Source: an uncultured virus (IMG/VR IMGVR_UViG_3300009514_001431) (taxonomy: Duplodnaviria; Heunggongvirae; Uroviricota; Caudoviricetes). From it: a stretch of DNA of 20,000 nucleotides. This document shows, piece by piece, positions 8,515 through 14,206 of this stretch. Location of the stretch: the IMG/VR virus record IMGVR_UViG_3300009514_001431. The stretch is one strand, 5' to 3'. The position numbers and the translations under genes are program-made. Below the pieces are notes generated by a model that worked only from the letters and a program-made list of their open reading frames with translations, did no database searches and was not told the DNA's origin. Within the stretch, counting starts at the first letter, position 1, and every line of letters begins with the position of its first letter.

Positions 8515-8750
8515 TACGACACCGATTCAAGCGCCTCGATAATCTCGTCCTTGGTAGACCGTGTGTTCACGTCCAGGTCGAGCGCCTTGGCGATCTTGTA
8601 GAGGTCCGCCTTGGTCATGTCCTCGTCCCACTCGGTATCGACCTCGGCGGGAGGCGGAGTGGGAGTAGGCTTGGCGGCAGCAGGAGCGGCGTCCTTCTTG
8701 GGCGGGAGCTTACGGCGCTTGCGCCGATACATTGGAGGCATGTGTGGCAT
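8514..8750 (-). CDS. Small protein with basic N-terminus and C-terminal Rho-N/HeH(LEM/SAP)-like domain (78 aa)
   Basis: RRKRRK patch, Pro/Ala linker, then MTKADLYKIAKALDLDVNTRSTKDEIIEAL, matching the 'MT..EL..IA...G.......K.ELI.AL' helix-extended-helix pattern. Confidence 0.75.
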   Translation of the reverse strand: MPHMPPMYRRKRRKLPPKKDAAPAAAKPTPTPPPAEVDTEWDEDMTKADLYKIAKALDLDVNTRSTKDEIIEALESVS

Positions 8751-8761
8751 GGCTGGTCCTT

Positions 8762-9154
8762 TCAGATCAGGGCTTTCAAGAAGCCCTTGGCAACGGTGCC
8801 AAGCGTTTGCCCAACACCCAACAGGAAATTCCGAGCCGCCTTCTTACGGTCAGCTTCGGCGTTCTGGAGGGCTGCCAACAGATCGCTGGCAGTCTCCAGG
8901 TCGTCGGTCAAATCGGAGATCTTGGTTCCCCGCTTACCGTCGAGCAAATCCTCGATGCCCTTCTGAGCCATGCGCAGGCCCTCGGGTCCGTACTTGCCGA
9001 TGGAGTCACCGACGAGATTCAGCATGGCCTTTTTCCACGGGGCGTCAGCCTTGTCGGCCTCGTTTCCGAGAACGTCAGCCAGCTTCTCGATCCCATCTTC
9101 TCCAAGGTCACCGGCTTGCGGCAGTAGCTTCTTTGCGAAATCAGCAGCGGACAT
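8762..9154 (-). CDS. Hypothetical alpha-helical protein with amphipathic C-terminus (~130 aa)
   Basis: GGAGG upstream. Start is ATG 9154 or GTG 9157, coupled to the upstream stop. C-terminus FLLGVGQTLGTVAKGFLKALI. Confidence 0.75.
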   Translation of the reverse strand: MSAADFAKKLLPQAGDLGEDGIEKLADVLGNEADKADAPWKKAMLNLVGDSIGKYGPEGLRMAQKGIEDLLDGKRGTKISDLTDDLETASDLLAALQNAEADRKKAARNFLLGVGQTLGTVAKGFLKALI

Positions 9155-9531
9155 CACTCACCTCCAGGGCACAGCGTTGTGGTTTCGGGAATCTCGGGAG
9201 GGTCAGCCGGAGGGCGTTCCTCGGTGAAGCTCCCGTTGTACTCCTGCAAAGCCATGTGGTACGGCCCGCGTACCTCAACGACCAGGATGTGCTTGGCCGC
9301 CTTGTCGCAGGCTTCGGCATGATCGCCAGCCCATTCGCCGTCCGTGCAGGAACAGCTTTCGGCCATGAAATACTTGAGATGCTGAACGGACTGCTTGTTC
9401 ACCATGTCGGTGTAGTCAAGCTCGTTCAGGTACGTGTTGGAGTTGCGAACAACAGCCAACGGCCCTTGGCGCTTGCAGCCAGGGGCAGCGAGCACGAGTA
9501 GCGCGATACAGGTCAAAAGGGTTCGCTTCAT
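9154..9531 (-). CDS. Lipoprotein (signal peptidase II substrate), possible o-spanin-like (125 aa)
   Basis: MKRTLLTCIALLVLAAPG-C gives a basic N-region, hydrophobic H-region and lipobox Cys19. Four further Cys in the mature part and a Pro-rich tail. Confidence 0.75.
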   Translation of the reverse strand: MKRTLLTCIALLVLAAPGCKRQGPLAVVRNSNTYLNELDYTDMVNKQSVQHLKYFMAESCSCTDGEWAGDHAEACDKAAKHILVVEVRGPYHMALQEYNGSFTEERPPADPPEIPETTTLCPGGE

Positions 9532-9884
9532 TTTTCGTCTCCGTTTTCTTCCTCGTTGTCACCTTGGTTGCGGGCAACCTTGACCGCATGGACGTACTTG
9601 TCGAGCGCGGCTTGGCCGAGGATGTACCCCGTTGCCAAGAACCCGGCCGTCACCGCCAAGGTGATGAAAGCCGCATTCGATCCGAGCTTATCCACGTCCT
9701 GTAGCTTGAGCATCAAACCCATCAGCGTGAACAGGCCAAGCTCCGTGATCAGGAACGCGATGAATTTCTTGCTCTTGAGCGCGGGCTTGTCCGCGTCCGG
9801 GGTCTCGCTTCCGAAGATCCCGCTCATGTTCAGCTTCCCTACGAGCTTGGGATCCGTAACCTCTACGCTGCTTGGCATCGTCAT
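9528..9884 (-). CDS. Putative holin-like two-TM membrane protein (118 aa)
   Basis: LKSKKF before TM1, YILGQAALD ending TM2 and a charged C-tail, like the 'KSRKF...YILG(E/Q)...D' small phage holin pattern. Confidence 0.6.
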   Translation of the reverse strand: MTMPSSVEVTDPKLVGKLNMSGIFGSETPDADKPALKSKKFIAFLITELGLFTLMGLMLKLQDVDKLGSNAAFITLAVTAGFLATGYILGQAALDKYVHAVKVARNQGDNEEENGDEK

Positions 9885-10240
9885 TTCCCCTTCACCGGAA
9901 AGGTGTTTTTCTGCACTTGTCGCCGATACCCGCCGCCGCCACGAGGGCCAGCCGTGCGCACCGGGATCCGATTCATGCGACGCTGTTCCGCGTCCTCAAC
10001 ATCCGAACTGTCTCGGATCAGCCGAGTCAGCCAAGGGTTTTCATCGACAATTGCCTGGAGACGCCGACGTTCCCCGTCCGTCAAGGCGGGCCACATCTTG
10101 CACCAATCCGTTCGCGCGACGATCGAGGACCGTAGTGCGTGGACAATGAATTCGTCCCCCAACACGACCGGGTTGGTCGGGTCGTCGGGGTCACCCTTGA
10201 GCGAGTTGATCCCGTTGTCGTTGATCCAAAAATTGGACAT
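9881..10240 (-). CDS. Hypothetical protein (119 aa)
   Basis: ATG start, and its stop overlaps the next gene as ATGA. First gene downstream of a CCTATAG motif. Confidence 0.75.
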   Translation of the reverse strand: MSNFWINDNGINSLKGDPDDPTNPVVLGDEFIVHALRSSIVARTDWCKMWPALTDGERRRLQAIVDENPWLTRLIRDSSDVEDAEQRRMNRIPVRTAGPRGGGGYRRQVQKNTFPVKGK

Positions 10241-10245
10241 AGCCC

Positions 10246-10288
10246 GGCAGGAAAGGATGCACCCTCCCTACCCGTAGCGCCCTATAGG
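10246..10288 (-). promoter_or_regulatory. CCTATAG motif plus 11-bp 5'UTR hairpin
   Basis: CCTATAG at 10282-10288. Downstream, GGUAGGGAGGG-UGCAU-CCUUUCCUGCC (10246-10272) pairs with G-U wobbles and covers the purine-rich tract. Confidence 0.5.
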
Positions 10289-10295
10289 ACGAATC

Positions 10296-11072
10296 TCAGC
10301 CCTCGTCGCCCAAGAGATCCCGCAGGTTTACGTCGCTGGTCTGCTCCATAAGCTCGACCATGTTCGGCTTCGGCTTCTCGGAGTCCGCCGGGGCGGGCGC
10401 TGGCGTTACGTTCGGGTTCACGATGGCTGGCTTCGGTTTCTTGGGCTTGGCCGCTACAGGCTGCACCTGCACTGCGTCACCGAGCTTGAAATGGCCGCGT
10501 TTGGGCGGCTTAGGGCCACTTGGAGGGTCTGTCACGGTGATTTCATCTGCCCCGGCCGACATTGGCCCTTCATCCACCGGGTCCGCTTTTCCCTTGCGCG
10601 TTTGCACCTCTTGGATCGCATCCCAGATCGCCCGCCGCTTCGCCCCAAGGTGCGAAATGTCGAGCCCGAGACTTTTCGCCTCGGCTCGCAGATCCTCCAG
10701 CAAGGGCAGGCGGCGCTTGTATTTGCGCGGCTTCTGGGCCTTCTTGGTCGCCTCAACCTCCGTGCCGACCTCCAGCACGATACGACCCGTTTCCGTCACG
10801 TAGATCGCGGAGTCCCCTCGCTTGCCGTTGTCGCGGGCGAGGGCCTGGCCGACCAACCTGGCTGCCTCGCTTTCGCCAAGGTGACGGTTCGCTTCCGCGA
10901 CGAGGGTTTTCAATTGCTGCACGGTCATTTCCAGCCGCGCACTGAGGGGTTGAGGGATCGCATCGAACCCGTCTACCCCCTCGGCAGGGAAAGGCGCCGG
11001 GTTCACATTCAAAAGCTCGGCCGCGAGCTTCGGGTCCAGGTCGGACGTGAAATTCTTGGTCGATTTCGCCAT
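10296..11072 (-). CDS. Hypothetical protein with central HeH/Rho-N-like motif and Pro/Lys-rich disordered C-terminus (258 aa)
   Basis: LEDLRAEAKSLGLDISHLGAKRRAIWDAIQ resembles a helix-extended-helix motif. Low-complexity tail. Confidence 0.7.
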   Translation of the reverse strand: MAKSTKNFTSDLDPKLAAELLNVNPAPFPAEGVDGFDAIPQPLSARLEMTVQQLKTLVAEANRHLGESEAARLVGQALARDNGKRGDSAIYVTETGRIVLEVGTEVEATKKAQKPRKYKRRLPLLEDLRAEAKSLGLDISHLGAKRRAIWDAIQEVQTRKGKADPVDEGPMSAGADEITVTDPPSGPKPPKRGHFKLGDAVQVQPVAAKPKKPKPAIVNPNVTPAPAPADSEKPKPNMVELMEQTSDVNLRDLLGDEG

Positions 11073-11075
11073 TGG

Positions 11076-11615
11076 TCACCGCGCAAAAACTCGGACCCTG
11101 CCATCCAATTCCACTCGAATTTCCGCAACCGATCGGGAAACTCGGCCCACAACCCGGACAATTTTCCCAATGTGGTCGTGAATGAGCGTCATATCAGCCG
11201 GGGTTCTACTTTCAAAGTACCCGCCCCACCCAAATTCAGATCGAAATTTAGCGCGGACAAATTTTCCCTCGGCAGAAAACGAGAGCAGCGTAGCGAGCCA
11301 TTCCTGGCGTGTGCCGATGGCTGGAGGGGGCCTGAACGATCCAGCGGCCTTGGCGCGGGTGACGGCTTCGATGTCGTCAGCCCACTCCCACAGGTCGTCC
11401 TTGTCGGCGTCGGTGAGGTTGCCGTGATGGATGCTACCGAGGAAAGAGTCGGCCACCTCGATCGGAAGGTGCCGCAGCGCAAACCAAAGCCGGGGATGTT
11501 CCTCACTCCACTCTTGGAAGGGCTCGACGGCGTGCAGATCCACCCACAAGCCGTCACCGAAAATCAGAATTCGGCCGTCCTCAATGTGCAGGTCACCCTC
11601 GGTCGCCAACGGCAA
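11076..11615 (-). CDS. Hypothetical protein (~179 aa, start uncertain)
   Basis: Fills the gap between neighbours, with its stop 3 nt before the next ATG. The TTG start abuts a hairpin. The C-terminus is beta-rich (IGKIVRVVGRV). Confidence 0.6.
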   Translation of the reverse strand: MPLATEGDLHIEDGRILIFGDGLWVDLHAVEPFQEWSEEHPRLWFALRHLPIEVADSFLGSIHHGNLTDADKDDLWEWADDIEAVTRAKAAGSFRPPPAIGTRQEWLATLLSFSAEGKFVRAKFRSEFGWGGYFESRTPADMTLIHDHIGKIVRVVGRVSRSVAEIRVELDGRVRVFAR

Positions 11616-11645
11616 AGCCCCACGAGACTATACGCTCGTGGGGCT
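11616..11645 (-). terminator. Perfect 11-bp stem-loop, probable intrinsic terminator, with CGTATAG in the loop
   Basis: AGCCCCACGAG-CGTATAGT-CTCGTGGGGCT followed by TTGCCGTT, 16 nt after the stop at 11662. The U-tract is weak. Confidence 0.6.
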
Positions 11646-11661
11646 CCGGTTGAGGGCTGAA

Positions 11662-11898
11662 CTAGCCGGTGATGGTCGGAACGAACCCGTGCCCACGCAG
11701 CGTGCCGGTGTAGCCGGTAAGCTCGTTCCCGGTGCGGCCGATCGGCGCGGTGCTCATGTTGCGACGCTTCCGGTTCCCTTCACTGCTGGCAGCCTGGAGA
11801 ATCGCGTAGCGAGCGACGTTGCGGGCATTGCCCTGGCGAGCAAGCAGCTTGCCGGGCGGGGCCGGGTAAAATTGCGATGTGGTCGAACGTGTAGCCAT
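11662..11898 (-). CDS. Small monocistronic hypothetical protein (78 aa)
   Basis: Strong RBS GGGAGG, preceded by CCTATAG and followed by a stem-loop. Confidence 0.75.
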   Translation of the reverse strand: MATRSTTSQFYPAPPGKLLARQGNARNVARYAILQAASSEGNRKRRNMSTAPIGRTGNELTGYTGTLRGHGFVPTITG

Positions 11899-11931
11899 GG
11901 TCTTGGGGCCTCCCTTGCATTGAGGGCCAGA

Positions 11932-11938
11932 CTATAGG
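11932..11938 (-). promoter_or_regulatory. CCTATAG putative phage promoter motif
   Basis: Intergenic, 33 nt before ATG 11898. Third exact copy. Confidence 0.55.
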
Positions 11939-11942
11939 CGCG

Positions 11943-12266
11943 CTACCGCTTCCCGCGCGGCGTTGGCACCGTCGAGTCGTGGACCCAAAACGCCCACTCA
12001 TAGAGCTTGAGCATGGCAAGGATCTGCATCAGCGGGTGCCCAATCAGATTGTGGAGCAGCCACCTGTGCTTTGCCCACCGCAGCTTCTTGCCCTCCAAGA
12101 TCGAAGGACGGAGCACCATCGCCGACTCCAAGGCGTCGATGCCCTCGATCGTGATGCTCCGTCCGTCGCACTCAACCACGAGGATCAGATCCTCGATACG
12201 GCTGTAATCCGCACTGTCGATCCGATCCACTGCAAGCAGGTGCTCGCCTGTCTTGACGTATTTCAC
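11943..12266 (-). CDS. Hypothetical phage protein (107 aa)
   Basis: GAGGA RBS, GTGA overlap. C-terminal 'LHNLIGHPL...WVHD.TVP' His-rich motif, recalled from small phage hypotheticals. Confidence 0.75.
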   Translation of the reverse strand: MKYVKTGEHLLAVDRIDSADYSRIEDLILVVECDGRSITIEGIDALESAMVLRPSILEGKKLRWAKHRWLLHNLIGHPLMQILAMLKLYEWAFWVHDSTVPTPRGKR

Positions 12267-12559
12267 TCGTTTTCCTCGGCTTCGGCTTTGTCGGCCTTCT
12301 CCATCAGGTTCCGCATTTTCCTACGCCCAAACCACTCGGAAATCCCGAGCCCTGCAACGCCAACTCCCAACACTCCGCCAACAACCCCGATCAAGAGAAA
12401 CACAAAGACCAGGGCAGCAAGGATCGGGGCGAAGATCACAAACGCCCACGACCAGTCAGCAACAGGGGCAACCCCTGCGAGCTTGAGGGTGACAAGGACA
12501 ACGATGGCGACCCCGGCGATTCCGAGGCCGCCACCTCCGCTACTAGATGATTCCGACAA
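12263..12559 (-). CDS. Small phage membrane protein (98 aa)
   Basis: SSSGGGGLGIAGVAIVVLVTLKLAG...DWSWAFVIFAP matches the common phage 'GGIG...LKL.G.I.WSW.WV..P' two-TM family. GGGAG RBS, TTG start. Confidence 0.8.
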   Translation of the reverse strand: MSESSSSGGGGLGIAGVAIVVLVTLKLAGVAPVADWSWAFVIFAPILAALVFVFLLIGVVGGVLGVGVAGLGISEWFGRRKMRNLMEKADKAEAEENE

Positions 12560-12572
12560 TCGCTACTCCCTT

Positions 12573-13970
12573 CTACGGGAGCGCGACAGGGCCTCCCGTT
12601 TTGGCGGACAGGTCGAAATGCGCCTCGATGAATTCGATAATGCGCGCTGGATCTTCATCGCGGCCGAAGCAGATGTTCGGCCCGTGTTCGTCCAAAAACA
12701 CCGCCTTGATCCCTGGCCGTACCTCGGCCAGTCCCTCCGACGTATTCCGTCCGCACTCGTGGGAACCACACTCGTAGGGTTTTTGTTCCCGCACCGGCAA
12801 CGGACCTCCGTTTCGACCCTCACGCTGGTCAATCGGCTTGAGCGGCGAGTGGAAATGCACGATGCAGTCCACGTCAGGGTGCTGCGAAAAGATGATCCGT
12901 TGGCTCTGCCCGCCAACACTCGGCTTGGCTCCGTGAGCGATCACGCGATCGTCGTCCACGACATCGATCCGCAACAGACCATCCTCGGGGAGTCGGTTGA
13001 AATTGGATTTCCGCCGACTCGTGTAAATGATCCCGTCCTCGGGACCGCGCGTGGCAAAGTGGCCGACCGTCTTGCCTTGGAATGGCTTGTACGCCCCTCG
13101 CTCGATGCAGTGGTTCACGACCGTTCGCAGGCTGTCCGGCACCGCGTCACTGTCCCACGGGATCGAGGCGCCCTCGACCACCGTCGAGCGCGTAAAGGTC
13201 AGGCCCGCTCGCGCAATGACCATCTCGGCCAAGCCCTTGATCGTTTCGGCACGGTCGTAGCCGACGTGATACCGAGCTTCCTCCGGCGTGATGATCATGT
13301 TCCGTCGCGCATGGACATCGTTGGAGAGCACGAGGTTGCACGAGGCGTTCTTGAGCAGGCCGAGACCAGCGATGTACTGCTCGTCCTCTGACATTCCAGT
13401 GGTCGCCTTGAACCCAACCAGGAAAATGTCCTTGCGCTCGCTTCGGATCTTGCCGATCAACTTGTTAGTCGGCCTGAGCTTCGCCGTGATCTCGCCGTGC
13501 TCCGTTTTGAGACGTGGCATCTGCTTGCCGAAATCTTGACCCGACCAGGCCCGCAACCCATCCTCTCCCGTCTCCGGGCCATCGGTCTTTTGGACGAGGT
13601 AGGCAAACTCCCAATCGCACACGGCGGCAGCCATGACGATCGCTTGGGTCGTCTCCCACTGCGCGAGAACGCCGAGCACCTTGTCCAGATCCTCGTTCGT
13701 TTCCAGGTAGGGGATGCCCGCCGCCCTGAACAGGACGCGTTCTTCAGTCGAGTATTCGCCGTCGTCCTGCTCGCACGCGAGAGCCATCTTGGTTCGCACG
13801 ACCACAACCTCGTGGTCACTCCACTCGCCATACCGAGCTTCGATCGAATCTCCGAGAGCATCGGCAACCTGAGAACCGACCGTGCCGTAGGCAGGGGCGC
13901 AAAGAGAGAAATGCGGTGCGACGTGTTTCATCGTCCCGCCCGTAATGACGTAGTAGTACCGTTTGCCCAT
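12573..13970 (-). CDS. Fusion protein: CoaB/DFP-C (phosphopantothenate-cysteine ligase-like) domain + class II aldolase/adducin domain (465 aa)
   Basis: CoaB-like motifs VITGGT..H, MAAAVCD, L.PT.KLI, LVGFK, LVLSNDV (res ~1-257). Aldolase II motifs GHFATR, KPS, HPDV.CIVHFHS, Y.CGS.E, VFLDEHG (res ~300-455). AAAGGAG RBS. Confidence 0.85.
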   Translation of the reverse strand: MGKRYYYVITGGTMKHVAPHFSLCAPAYGTVGSQVADALGDSIEARYGEWSDHEVVVVRTKMALACEQDDGEYSTEERVLFRAAGIPYLETNEDLDKVLGVLAQWETTQAIVMAAAVCDWEFAYLVQKTDGPETGEDGLRAWSGQDFGKQMPRLKTEHGEITAKLRPTNKLIGKIRSERKDIFLVGFKATTGMSEDEQYIAGLGLLKNASCNLVLSNDVHARRNMIITPEEARYHVGYDRAETIKGLAEMVIARAGLTFTRSTVVEGASIPWDSDAVPDSLRTVVNHCIERGAYKPFQGKTVGHFATRGPEDGIIYTSRRKSNFNRLPEDGLLRIDVVDDDRVIAHGAKPSVGGQSQRIIFSQHPDVDCIVHFHSPLKPIDQREGRNGGPLPVREQKPYECGSHECGRNTSEGLAEVRPGIKAVFLDEHGPNICFGRDEDPARIIEFIEAHFDLSAKTGGPVALP

Positions 13971-14031
13971 CGTTGGGCTCCTTTCGCGGCTGTCTCAGCC
14001 TATGTGTCGAGGGCGACATGCCCTCACAGGT

Positions 14032-14040
14032 ATCTTACCC
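14032..14040 (-). promoter_or_regulatory. GGGTAAGAT putative -10-type promoter element for the CoaB-aldolase operon
   Basis: Lies in the divergent intergenic region. Near-identical CGGTAAGAT at 8142-8150 and GCGTAAGAT at 17747-17755, both upstream of minus-strand starts. Confidence 0.5.
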
Positions 14041-14206
14041 CATCGAGCACGGTTTCATGCCCGGCGGTAAAGTACGGCGTGGAGCACGCAGATCAAGGGG
14101 CGAATTCGTGGCAGAAAAGGCTGTGAATTCAACGGGTTCTGAGGGATCAGATCTGGCAGTTTCGGATCAAGGGTCGCTCGGCGTAATAGGGGTGGAGGAC
14201 GACCCG

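Noticed and set aside
11979..13391. 470-aa plus-strand ORF (and similarly 186..1121, 8611..9501, 10491..11660, 19167..19976)
   Set aside because: Each overlaps well-supported minus-strand genes, with Arg/His/Val-rich shadow composition and no convincing RBS.
14079..14126. 15-codon plus-strand mini-ORF after GGTAAAGT
   Set aside because: Too short to support, with no independent evidence.
13973..14206. 78-aa N-terminal extension of the SNF2 ORF
   Set aside because: Crosses the divergent promoter region. ATG 14207 has a GGAGG RBS and begins the Zn-ribbon domain.
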